A stretch of 62,735 bases of DNA, from assembly GCF_032444005.1 (NCBI RefSeq), contig NC_091289.1, positions 183,210,001-183,272,735 of the forward strand. The letters run 5' to 3'. Position 1 is the first letter of the stretch, and each line of letters starts with the position of its first letter. This DNA comes from Ranitomeya imitator. Its lineage: Eukaryota. Positions 24,901 to 32,203 of this stretch are shown here, one piece after another. The notes under the pieces were generated by a model that had not been told where the DNA came from, made no database searches, and saw only the letters and a program-made list of their open reading frames with translations. The translations under genes and the position numbers were made by a program.

Positions 24901-27900
24901 GATCCAGAGAGCTGAGAATCAACCGGACAGAATCATTCCAGCATGAAATTCACCTAAAACCTCCATAACATATCAACCTCAACCAGGGGCCATGTTATGT
25001 GTGCGCCGAGCGCTGATACACCAACTGGGCCCAGTAACTACACATGATCAGGAGCTGCCCCTGTATACTGCCCGGGGATTGTGCTCCAGTCTCCAAACCT
25101 ATCTCCACCATTATACATTTTATATCTTGGAATAATTCTACATAAAATATCGCTGAATAAAGTACAGATGCCAAGTTACATCCTGTATTATACTCCAGAG
25201 CTGCACTCACTATTCTGCTGGTGCAGTCACTGGGAATAAACCTCTGAGATATAATAGAGGCTGTAACCCAACCACAATACAACATAAATAACTTGACCAC
25301 AAAGTGACACAACTGTTTATGTAGATTGATACAAAATTCCATAAGTTGATAGGTAATAAGAAAAGAGTAGAACAGATTTATGTTCTATAAGGGGGCATGC
25401 AGAATCCATGGAGGGGTATATAGACAGTGACAGTACTTGCTCTCGTAGTTCCAGATGCGAACAGAGTGGTCCAGTGAGCAGGTGGCGATCAGAGGTTTGC
25501 GGATACAGACACTCAGGCCTGTGATGGCGGAGGAATGCCACGGCTCAGTCAGGTATTCGAAGTGAACGTCGTCACCCTGCAAGACAAGTGAATATCCAGG
25601 GGGTGATTCATGGAGCGGGAAAATGGACCGAAAAGAATCTCATTATTGGACTGTGGTCTGATGATTATTATATAATATATATCCATCAATATCTTCATCC
25701 TTCTTGACTCGATTGCTGGCAGCATCGATTGGATATTGATGTCGATGCTGATTGTTCCCCATTCACAACATTGCGCATGTCAGGAATTCTTCATGACCGG
25801 ATTCACTTTATGCCAATAGGCGCGGCGCACCATCTTCATCATTACAGAAGAGGACCACTATGAGGACTTATATGTACGGCACAGCCGCACCTTACCTTAG
25901 TGATGTCCGCCGAGGATAGCGCGATGCTGTAGAGCTGGCTCCTATCAGTGCTGACGATGACCGTCTCCTCGGACGGGCTCAGACACATGCACAGAATCTC
26001 CTGCTGGTCAGAAAGACCCGGGTCATTGTTATTCTTATCCTGCGGGATCTGCCGGAGAAAGATAATATCGTAAAATGTACAATATATGTCCCTCCGTCCG
26101 CCATAAGGGTCACCGGACACAGCCACGTCAGGCTCACCCTAATGTTTCGTCCTCTCTTATAAAATTCTCGATCTTCCACTTTCTCAAACATGCAGACAGT
26201 GCTGGGGCCGCCGGAGCACAGGAATCCCTTAGAATAGGGCAAAATGGAATTGATGCGTAATGGGGATGAGGTGCTGCTGCCAAACGCAGAAAGGGTGCTG
26301 CAGAAGAACGCAAAGGCCGATCAATAATCAGTTACCGGAAAATTCCTTTAATCTCTCATCAATAAAAGACAGATTAAAGAACATAATAACATAGAAAATA
26401 ATATGAAACTATTGTGCTCAAGAAATGCAGAGCCTGAAGCCAAATGTCATAGTACATACCCACCAAGGGCTGCCATCAGATGCCATCAGAGAGCGGCCAC
26501 ATACGTGTGGATCATTTCACTGAACTTTTTGGCCCAATTCATCAAATAGTTTTCAACAGACTTTTGGAGTAATACTGTTTGAAATGTCGCAAAATTTCTG
26601 CGCACCTCAACATTGCGAAAATATTTTCCAACTTTGGAGTTTTTACGCCACTCCCTGCTGGTTCAGTAAACTTTTTGAAAAGTGTATAAAGTCGTGTGAC
26701 CAAAGGCAGCCAACAAATCCATTATAATTTATGCTACAAAAGTGGCATAAATTACGGTAAAAATGTACTAGAGACATTGGGTGGAGAAAATATTTGCAGT
26801 GGCGCGCAGCAGCTGAAAGGTGCACCAAATTAATTAAGAGGTGTGCACCTTACTGCAGCGCACTGTCTATCATTGGTGGCACACATAGCTCCTGTCTTTA
26901 CGAATTCAAGCCTTGGTGTTTCAATAACCGACCCCTTATCAGACCTTTATGGCATATCTGGCAGCCTTTGGATGGAGTATCCCTTTAATTAGCCCGGCTC
27001 AGACTTTCATTGCTGAATCTTCATGTGACCACTGCAGCCAATCACTTTCCTCAACACTCAGTTAGGTTAGGTTTGAGATTGGCAGCAGTGGTCACACGCT
27101 ATACAGGCAGCAACAGCATAGCCACTGAGGTGGGGACTTAAAGGGACACTGTCACCTGAATTTGGAGGGAACAATCTTCAGCCATGGAGGCGGGGTTTTT
27201 GGGTGTTTGATTCACCCTTTCCTTACCCGCTGGCTGCATGCTGGCTGCAATATTGGATTGAAGTTCATTCTCTGTCCTCCATAGTACACGCCTGCGCTGT
27301 GCAAGATTGCCCTGTGCAGGCATGTACTACGGAGAACAGAGAATGAACTTCAATCCAATTTTGCAGCCAGCATGCAGCCAGCGGGTAAGGAAAGGGTGAA
27401 TCAAACACCTGAAAACCCCGCCTCTATGGCTGAAAATTGTTCCCTCCAAATTCAGGTGACAGTGTCCCTTTAACCGGTGAGAATTCTGCGTGTTTTATTC
27501 CATAACATTTCCTGCAGGGGATTTAGAAGCCTTGGTAATGGGACTGTTAATCTTACCGCCCGTCATCAGCAGACGCTCGCCGTTTTTCGAGATGCTGCTG
27601 TTGTATGTTGGCTCTCCCCCCGATGTTCTGCTCCCAGCGCAGCTCTCCAGACTCCCACAGACAGAGTTTCCCAGTGTCCGTTCCACAGATGACTCGGTCT
27701 TCGGACAGCCACGCGTGGCTCAGGAAGTGAGCATCCACTTTCTGAAAGTTTTGTTTCAAATTCCCATCTACATAGCGGAGGATTTTGAAGACCCCGTGTC
27801 CCGTGACGCAGATCTGGGAATTGTCTTGGGGGTTGAAGCTCACCTACAATATTAGGAGAAAAAAATCAGCTCCCCAGCTCCATTAAAGGTCCTGGGAACC

Positions 27901-29866
27901 TAATAAAGGGAAGATCTCGTACAATGTGAACCTAATAAAGTGGAGCGTCAGGCTGCAGTGGAAATGGACACAACTGAGCCAATCAGACAATTGGAGAATT
28001 TACCTGGTAAATGGGGCTATTCTGATTGTCCGCCCTCACGGTCGCCATCACTTTTTGTTTCTCCCACATCCATAGGATGATCTGCCACTCGGGAGAACCC
28101 GACAGAGCCACCAGGTACTTGGAGTCTGGCGAGAATGCCATGCTGACAAACTCGTGTGCGGTAAAGTCTGTAGCGCTCAGGACTTTGCGCTTCTTAAATG
28201 GCATGGACGCCAAATCATAGATGGTGATGGTAGCCTTGTCGGGGGTCTTCTCGGACATGGCGAGGTAACGGCGATTGGGGCTGATCGCTAACGCTTGCAT
28301 ACCCTGACTCTTCTCTGAGCCTGAAGACGAGAAGACAAGAATGTCATACATACACTTCTAAGCGAGGGAAAATGAACTGAAAGGGTAAGTCCATAAACCA
28401 CAATAGGGTGAAGGGGTCCCCGAACCATTCTCTGATGGGTGCTGGGCACCAATCCTAATAGCCCAGGGAGGGGGAACTAGCACCAGGGTCACGCTGTTTG
28501 CTCTCATCCGTGCAGTAGGAAGGAAGGTGAAAAAGTATTGGATACTTCTAATGTACCTGTCCCTTGTGTATACATTTTTTTGCACTAAATATCTTTATTT
28601 TAACTGATGAAATAATAGTATATTTCTATGTGATAATACATTATAATCCGTGTCTCTATGACAACAGTGTGAGTCCCAGTGACCTGATGAAAGATGGAAG
28701 CCCCCTTTAATTGCACCTTAGTCTCTCTTGACTTCTGCAATCAAAGGGTAAAATGAATGGGATGAGAGGTTGATTGGACAGACAACCCCCGCTGCAGGGT
28801 AACATGGGACGCCTGTGCAGGATGGAGAATAAATGCCAGGAAAGGCTGCTGTAATTGATTAGTGGGGTTGTCGTTAGGATAGGTTATTAATATAAGATTG
28901 GTGGGGGTCCGACACCTGGGATCAGGGGTCTGACAACCGGGACCTGGAGCAGCACAGTTACATAACCTGCGTAGTGGCCATTCCCAGGTTCTGCATTTCA
29001 GCTCCATTCACTTCAGTGGAAGCTAAACAACATGACCGAAGAGCAGTTACTGCGCCGTGTATATAACCGTGGTGCGCCAGCTCTGTACGCTGTGTACTTC
29101 TGATGGGGGAGATCGTGGGGCTGCCAGATGACAATGGGTCTGCTAAGGTATCATCCCAAGTCCTGGACATCCCTTTTAAAATCCACCTGTGTTTAGATGT
29201 TGTGTACACTTGTTATGGTGACCCCCTACTATTCTGCGGATTTCCCCTTGGAATGCCCACCTAATGTATCCCTTTCATGTTTGGACGAGTCTCCCTTTAA
29301 GGTCTCGCTCAGTCTGGCGTATAGCCGGTGTATAGCTCGGACGAGCGCTATGTGATGTTCCATGGGACGGCGCTCGTTCTGATCTTATACTATAGAGCAG
29401 TGAAGACTAGAGTTTATGGTATCATGTCGAGTCAGCAGCACGCACCCATACAAGCCTATACCTACATAGTGCAAAACATCGGAATCTCGGACATCGAACT
29501 GCAGTACGATTATACTACGGACACCAGCAATGGAGGAGATGGAGAAATGACTTTCTCCGTCTCCTCCGCACCTCTGATGGGATTTTCTCATGTGACAGAA
29601 TCAGATCACAGTGCACGGACATTGCGTCATTAGCACATTGCACCGGCTGCTATACGCTGATACGGCCTAACACCGGCGCAGACGACGCTGTGCCCTCACA
29701 GGCCCTGACCTGGAATAAACTTCTGCCATTTCTGATCCACGTTATACTTTATGCAGTTGTTTCCTGACGGGAAGATCACGTTTTGTTCATCAAAGTAACA
29801 GATGTTATTGGCGACTTTTGACCGGAGACCAAAGATATAATGAGACTGAGCCACGATTACAGACAT
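960..29866 (-). CDS. CFAP57: Cilia- and flagella-associated protein 57 (WDR65); 21 coding exons in window, 3' end probably outside window
   Basis: Exons (high-low): 29866-29710 ([22 protein letters not shown]...), 28320-28004, 27843-27557, 26297-26138, 26048-25896, 25576-25437, 24911-24746, 23002-22889, 22818-22606, 22068-21895, 21653-21492, 19324-19169, 19088-18995, 18254-18064, 15626-15453, 15208-15050, 14872-14729, 13802-13686, 13457-13323, 1495-1352, 1095-960. All introns are GT-AG and the phases join into one ORF of 3493 nt (1164 codons plus 1 nt). N-terminal WD40 repeats and a C-terminal coiled coil match recalled human CFAP57 (e.g. [33 protein letters not shown]). Confidence 0.95.
1724..2469. 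repeat. ~30-bp minisatellite (tatacagtatacagacccctgtacaggaga), segment 1
   Basis: Tandem units in CFAP57 intron 19, cut at a TA by the Tc1 insertion. Confidence 0.93.
2470..4081 (-). mobile_element. Full-length Tc1 DNA transposon (DD34E, IR/DR type), 1612 bp
   Basis: TA target duplication (2468-2469, 4082-4083). 200-bp TIRs at 2470-2669 and 3882-4081 starting CAGGTCCTTCTCAAAAAATTAGC, with 2 mismatches seen. Confidence 0.97.
2748..3752 (-). CDS. Tc1 transposase, intact, 334 aa
   Basis: MGKTSDL start. Catalytic [27 protein letters not shown] with 34 residues between the second D and E. Ends FPTKY. Confidence 0.93.
   Translation of the reverse strand: MGKTSDLTDVKKAIIDTLKQEGKTQKEISQQIGCSQSAVSRHLNGKSVGRKQCGRKCCTTRRGDRTLRKIVEKDRFQTLGNLRKQWTESGVETSRATVHRRVQEMGYRCRIPQVKPLLNHKQRQRRLTWATEKQHWTVAKWSQVLFSDESKFCMSFGNQGARVWRKTGEKEMPKCLKSSVKYPQSVMVWGAMSAAGVGPLCFIKGRVNAASYQEILEHFMLPSAEMLYGDEDFIFQHDLAPAHSAKTTGKWFTDHVITVLNWPANSPDLNPIENLWDIVKRKLRDARPNTLDELKAAIEASWASITSQQCHRLIASMPRRIEAVISAKGFPTKY
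4084..4787. repeat. ~30-bp minisatellite, segment 2
   Basis: Same unit as 1724-2469, lying between the Tc1 and the LTR element. Confidence 0.93.
4788..6271 (-). repeat. 3' LTR (1484 bp)
   Basis: TGTCACG...CGTGACA, a direct repeat of 11512-12993. A purine tract (AAAAGGGTGAGG on minus, 6272-6283) abuts it. Confidence 0.95.
6292..9807 (-). CDS. pol ORF: protease C-terminal half, integrase, reverse transcriptase, RNase H
   Basis: DVLLGTDL (PR end), [12 protein letters not shown] (HHCC), AVDIVGP / LTDQGTQF / LCERFNG (DDE), WEGPY, YLDDI (RT), QTDASEFG (RH). Uninterrupted for 1171 codons. Confidence 0.92.
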   Translation of the reverse strand: MKEVGLSDNLPTDVLLGTDLGRMFAYYVTDTPPQSTNKGNVNPDDDDGRSHVLPDHALSCNDASNNHFFPRIDGENVVPVPAEPDNDFSVKVNVSIGTGVPSHVALRSETAEEPLTGASVGATGNGEMHGNREEGDAMKVTSATEEGNWPISSTAPEVLGVDGEVEPIAAPADGTVETPRETAYVAAVTRSQSARNADNCLPSGPSSVITVTEPEVDPEQVQEGSRGKGTLTSLLASPSQEFQAALHTDASLESLRQLAGTRFSETDKEKVFWEQGRLYRETVPGESQKEWLRERQLVVPQQFRGELLRIAHEIPLAGHLGISKTKARLSQHFYWPKMGTDVSNYCRSCITCQRVGKAGPALKAPLIPLPVIEEPFQRIAVDIVGPLAVPSSSGKQYILTVVDYATRYPEAVALSSTRADKVADALLAIFSRVGFPREMLTDQGTQFMSRLMEALCKRMQVKHLVSSAYHPQTNGLCERFNGTLKQMLRMLVETQGRDWERYLPHLLFAYREVPQASTGFSPFELLYGRRVRGPLGLVRESWEEEPNPSEVSIVEYVMRFRDKMQTLTQLVHDNMTQAQADQKHWYDQNARERTYHVGQKVWVLVPVPTDKLQAPWEGPYVIHQQLNPVSYMVTLDHARGRRKAFHVNMMKAHHEREPFVLPVCSLPEDGEEDTLLDLLAQAKANGSIEDVEVSASLTEPQRVQLQTTLEPFRVVFSNRPGRTQLAVHEVDTGNHAPLRRTPYRISDQVQQIMRQEIDEMLHLGVIRRSKSAWASPVVLVPKKDRTTRFCVDYRGLNAITASDAHPMPRIEELLEKLAGAKYLTIMDLSRGYWQIPLSPEAQEKSAFITPFGLYESTVMPFGMKNAPATFQRMVNLLLQGLETYAVAYLDDIAIFSPSWKEHLQHLEEVLRRIDQAGLTIKPGKCQMGMREVHYLGHRVGGNTLKPEPDKVGVIVNWPTPVTKKQVMSFLGTAGYYRCFVQHYSSLAKPLTDLTRKKLPHIVIWTDGCEGAFQALKTALCNAPVLKAVDSSRPFLVQTDASEFGLGAVLSQVDSEDQEHPVLYLSRKLLPREVAYSTIEKECLAIVWALQRLQPYLYGHPFTVVTDHNPLRWLNAMCGTNGRLLRWSLALQQFDFTIEHKTGREHGNADGLSRQGEPTEVPMEAYRGVLPP
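9804..11294 (-). CDS. gag (coiled coil, SCAN-like capsid domain, CCHC knuckle) plus protease N-terminal half; frameshifted from pol
   Basis: ATG at 11294 in good context (GGCAACCATGG). [14 protein letters not shown] knuckle, [10 protein letters not shown] protease motif and SCAN-like [24 protein letters not shown]. Confidence 0.85.
   Translation of the reverse strand: MVVLGETFYEQQIRDTLVALCKTQHIDFASKNKAQLVADLVQWEAARDRSQSAEAAEASTSEHGAAAEVQPLNAGPVSNPGELDPHLQAALEELPTDDHEGRLRLIQQYRQEARAEREAQREAERAEREAERAEREAERAERQAQREHELEMLRQGGMPSTAQRREPSSAQIPKPRPDHFPVMEKDGDLDTFLRAVEKACRQYRMPTDEWARYLTPGLRGKALEAFAALPQEQDGDYEAIKKALIAKYQLTPEVYRRKFRTLQRGPHDSYSDVVHGLGTHFDQWTQGLSVTTFVQLRDLMIKDQFFHLCPAEVRQFVMDRKPKDVTKAAQIADAYEANRRSEVRKPVTTSWRGGKPATNASTPASQHTRGPGPVANNTRPTTEPRQCYYCKRPGHISTFCPDRPKNPPAKAPGPNAAVLLVGGVVGRVCDNVQPVTVGGHVATGLKDTGAERTLIRPEQAAPEEIIPGKTLTVTGIGGISCPLPMARVYIGVLGAG
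11490..11509 (-). promoter_or_regulatory. Primer-binding site, tRNA-Leu-like
   Basis: TGGTGGCAAGGCGGTGGGAT immediately inside the 5' LTR. It is complementary to the recalled tRNA-Leu(AAG) 3' end ATCCCACCGCTGCCACCA except for a 2-nt insertion. Confidence 0.7.
11512..12993 (-). repeat. 5' LTR (1482 bp)
   Basis: Direct repeat of 4788-6271, about 15 differences counted by eye. Confidence 0.95.
12999..13310. repeat. ~30-bp minisatellite, segment 3
   Basis: Same unit, ending about 13 bp from the CFAP57 exon 19 donor. Confidence 0.92.
14140..14660. mobile_element. Degenerate palindromic MITE remnant (T2/Kolobok-like)
   Basis: Starts TTAAAGGAC. Internal inverted repeat AATCCATCAGTGAGCT / AGCTCACTGATGGATT. 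Right boundary is uncertain. Confidence 0.4.
16600..17324. mobile_element. PIF/Harbinger-like MITE, copy 1
   Basis: TIR AGGTACCGTCACAC / GTGTGACAGTACCT, TAA on both sides, internal nested palindromes. Confidence 0.8.
17347..18049. mobile_element. PIF/Harbinger-like MITE, copy 2 (tandem, same orientation)
   Basis: Same TIRs with TAA at 17344-17346 and 18050-18052; highly similar to copy 1. Confidence 0.8.
18695..18917. repeat. Imperfect (TCTA)n / GATA microsatellite
   Basis: Direct reading. Confidence 0.92.
19628..21234 (+). mobile_element. Full-length Tc1 transposon, Passport-like, 1607 bp
   Basis: TA TSD. TIRs of about 200 bp (19628-19827, 21034-21234) starting CAGTGGGGCAAAAAAGTATTTAG, with 2 substitutions and 1 indel seen. 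Confidence 0.97.
19995..21017 (+). CDS. Tc1 transposase, intact, 340 aa
   Basis: [10 protein letters not shown]..., [27 protein letters not shown] (DD34E), ends YITKY. Resembles recalled Passport transposase. Confidence 0.93.
   Translation: MVKTKELSKDTRNKIVALHQAGKTESAIANQLGVKKSTVGAIIRKWKTYKTTDNLPRSGAPRKIPPRGVRMTTRTVSKNPRTTRGDLVNELQRAGTNVTRPTISNTLHHHGLRSCSARRVPLLKPVHVRARLKFAREHLDDPEEFWENVLWSDETKMELFGRNTTCRVWRKKNTELHPSNTIPTVKHGGGNIMLWGCFSAKGLGRLIRVHERMNGAMYREILSANLLPSARALKMKRGWVFQHDNDPKHTARATKEWLRKKHFKVLEWPSQSPDLNPIENLWRELKVRVAKRKAKNITALEEICMEEWVNIPTTVCGNLVKTYRKRLTSVIANKGYITKY
23320..24442 (-). mobile_element. Penelope-like element remnant with inverted terminal duplication
   Basis: Inverted repeats 23322-23455 and 24291-24442. 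AATAAA on minus at 23365-23360. Internal hammerhead motif. Candidate flanking duplication AGATGTGGATAA at 23308-23319 and 24488-24499. Confidence 0.65.
23879..23922 (-). ncRNA. Minimal type I hammerhead ribozyme
   Basis: Minus strand UCCC-CUGAUGA-A-CCCUG(agagcua)CAGGG-C-GAAA-C-AC-GUC^GGGA. Full catalytic core, 4-bp stem I, 5-bp stem II and minimal stem III. Confidence 0.75.
25170..25230 (+). repeat. Single partial monomer of the 86-bp repeat family
   Basis: AGTTACATCCTGTATTATACTCCAGAGCTGCACTCACTATTCTGCTGGTGCAGTCACTG matches the arrays at 32778, 38310 and 47872. Confidence 0.85.
27142..27469. mobile_element. T2/Kolobok-like palindromic MITE (TTAA TSD)
   Basis: TTAA-AGGGACACTGTCACC ... GGTGACAGTGTCCCT-TTAA with arms of about 150 bp. 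Second copy at 45338-45667. Confidence 0.85.
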
Positions 29867-30390
29867 GATTGAGGAGTGCGGAGGGTTAATCTGCAGAGGA
29901 AAAACGGGAAGAAGATTATTATTATTATAGTCAGATTCCTCTAATCCTGAGTATTATGTACAGTCAGTGTAATGTCAGATGTTCTATGGCGGCACCCCGA
30001 CTAAGGATGGGGCAGGTCCAGGATCCGGTGATTATAGGAACTCGGAACTCACCAGATGCAGCCGCACTGCGGATACTGCGGATTGTCAGCACTCACTGGA
30101 TCATTTACTAGTGGAAGGATGAATCTGTGATTAACAAAACGTCTGGGCTTTATCAATATCCTGTGGCTTAGTTACAGCACCAGCACGGCAGACACGGGGG
30201 GCCAGGGGTAACAGAGACCGGCCGCCCAAAGGTGGATGCCTTAGGCTACATTCACACAAAGCTTCAGTGGGACATTTAAATTAGACAAGTTGTCACCATT
30301 GCAGCAAACGCTCCGTCATTGCAGAGATTTTGAAGGAGTTTTTATAGTCCTGAAGTGTTTTTTGCAGCCTCTTCAAAGAACAGCGCCTAC

Positions 30391-30586
30391 TGGGGCAGAT
30401 TCCATCAGGAGTTTTCTGATTGGACAGCGCCTGGTTGGGGCAGATTCCATCAGGAGTTTTCTGATTGGACAGCGCCTGGTTGGGGCAGATTCCATCAGGA
30501 GTTTTCTGATTGGACAGCGCCTAGTTGACATAGATTCCATCTGGAGCTTTCTGATTGGACAGCGCCTGGTTGGAGCAGATTCCATT
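30391..30586. repeat. ~45-bp tandem repeat, 4 copies, inside a MITE-like region
   Basis: GGGGCAGATTCCATCAGGAGTTTTCTGATTGGACAGCGCCTGGTT repeated. Confidence 0.85.
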
Positions 30587-30920
30587 AGGTAACATGTATT
30601 CTCTTTTTTTCCACCAAGAGTTTTTCAAAACCACTTCAGGTAAAAAAAAAAAAAAAGCTAAAAAAACTCTTATGAACAGTAAAGTAGACTGACCAGACAT
30701 GAACGGGAAGGGTTTTTCCAACACCTCTGAACTGATTTTTGCGGCGTTTTCTTTTTTTTTAAATCTTCTAAAAAACCTTCAGTGTGAACACAACCTCGGG
30801 CTGCGTTCACATGGAGCTTCCTGAGGTTTGTTTTTTAAGAGAATCTTCTCCACAATTATCTGCCAGAAACCACTTTAAAAACACTTCCGTTCACAAGAGT
30901 TTCTTTTATTTGGCTTTTTA

Positions 30921-31301
30921 GGCTACTTTCACACTAGCGTCGGGCCGACGTACCGACGCATCCTGTGACAACGCAGCACAACGGGGGCAGCGGATGCCTT
31001 ATTACAACGCATGCGCTGCCCCATTGTGAGGTGCGGGGAGGAGGGGGCGGAGTTCCGGCCGCACATGTGCGGTTGGATATGGCGGACACGACGCACAAAA
31101 AAACATTACAAGCAACGTTTTTTGGTGCCGACGGTCCGACGCAGCATGACGGTTGCGACGTGTGGCGATACATCGCAATGCGTCGCTAATACAAGCCTAT
31201 GGAGAAAAAAACGCATCCTGCAGACAACTTTGCAGGATGGGTTTTTTCTGCACGACGACGCATTGCGACGTGCGCCGTACGACGCTACTGTGAAAGTAGC
31301 C
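30921..31301. mobile_element. PIF/Harbinger-like MITE
   Basis: TTA-GGCTACTTTCACACTAGCGTC ... GACGCTACTGTGAAAGTAGCC-TTA. Confidence 0.8.
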
Positions 31302-31619
31302 TTATTTGGCTCCTGATGGAGAACGCCCCAAACCAAGTGAAGTCCAAGCAGAAAGCTGCAAAAAAAAAAAAAACATTTTAGGAAGAAAAAACTTCCAAAA
31401 CTGCTTCAGAAATAGACAAACTTCCTCCGAAAGGAGAGATTTCTGCAGCGGTTTCTGTCATATATAACCTCTGTGTGAACAGAGCCTTAGATGCCGCGGC
31501 CACTGCTGCACACAGATATACCCGGGCGGCACCACACACCTGCACATAGGGATACGTATATTTAACCCCTCCATACCGAGGTCTAACATCATCACACACA
31601 GCAGGACCGCGCACTGCAC

Positions 31620-31860
31620 TCACCCGGCTCCGCTCACTGTGTACCACCAATCACCATAGCGACAGGACGCTCGGTCGCGTGGAACGCTGGGCGGCCGCGG
31701 AGGATGATGGGCAATGTAGTTCCGGCTGAGCGGCTCCTGTAGTTTCGGTCGCAGAAATGATGACGTCAGCGGATGTGAGCTGTAGAACACTTCCGGGAGT
31801 CTCCACGTGTGGACGGTGGGTGCAGTGTGCGGGTTCTGCTTCTGAGGAAGGGGGAGGTAG
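31620..31860. promoter_or_regulatory. Bidirectional CpG-rich promoter for CFAP57 and EBNA1BP2
   Basis: X-box-like ATCACCATAGCGAC (31650-31663), ZNF143/SBS-like GGGCAATGTAGT (31709-31720), perfect CRE TGACGTCA (31761-31768), ETS ACTTCCGG (31789-31796), E-box CACGTG (31804-31809). Confidence 0.7.
31624..31680 (-). other. CFAP57: Probable non-coding first exon of CFAP57
   Basis: Minus-strand donor CGG|GTGAGT at 31624/31623 in a CpG-rich region next to an X-box. The first coding exon has an acceptor 24 nt upstream of its ATG (exon begins at 29890). The 5' limit is approximate. Confidence 0.55.
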
Positions 31861-32203
31861 AGGTTTTATTTGGGGGGGCTCAGGCGCTGCAGTATTCCCG
31901 GAGTCATTTACTCTGGGTTATGTCTTGGTTGCTCAGTCGCGGACGCTGAGTTTCTCTCCTAGTGTGATTTTGTTGCAGTTGTACATCAGCGCATTCTTGT
32001 AGCCTGATGGTGGTTGTAGTTCCTGGACTGGTAACACATAGTGATTGCTGCAGCATTTCTGGGGTTAGTACCATATTCAGGAATATCTCACTGGGGGGGT
32101 CACTTAATTTCTCACTGTAAAGTCACAGATTTCCATCGCTGTAGATCTCGTCGCCACCAATTTGACCGAACCCTTTGTGATTGCTCATAGGAGACGAGCC
32201 GCC

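Noticed and set aside
26298-27556. Possible missing small CFAP57 exon (exons 3+4 appear shorter than recalled human)
   Set aside because: Exons 3 and 4 already join in phase 2 and the region is a variable linker; no convincing extra exon was seen.
29328-29633. 101-aa and 68-aa ORFs beside the CFAP57 first coding exon
   Set aside because: They lie in a degenerate MITE-like intronic segment with no recognisable homology.
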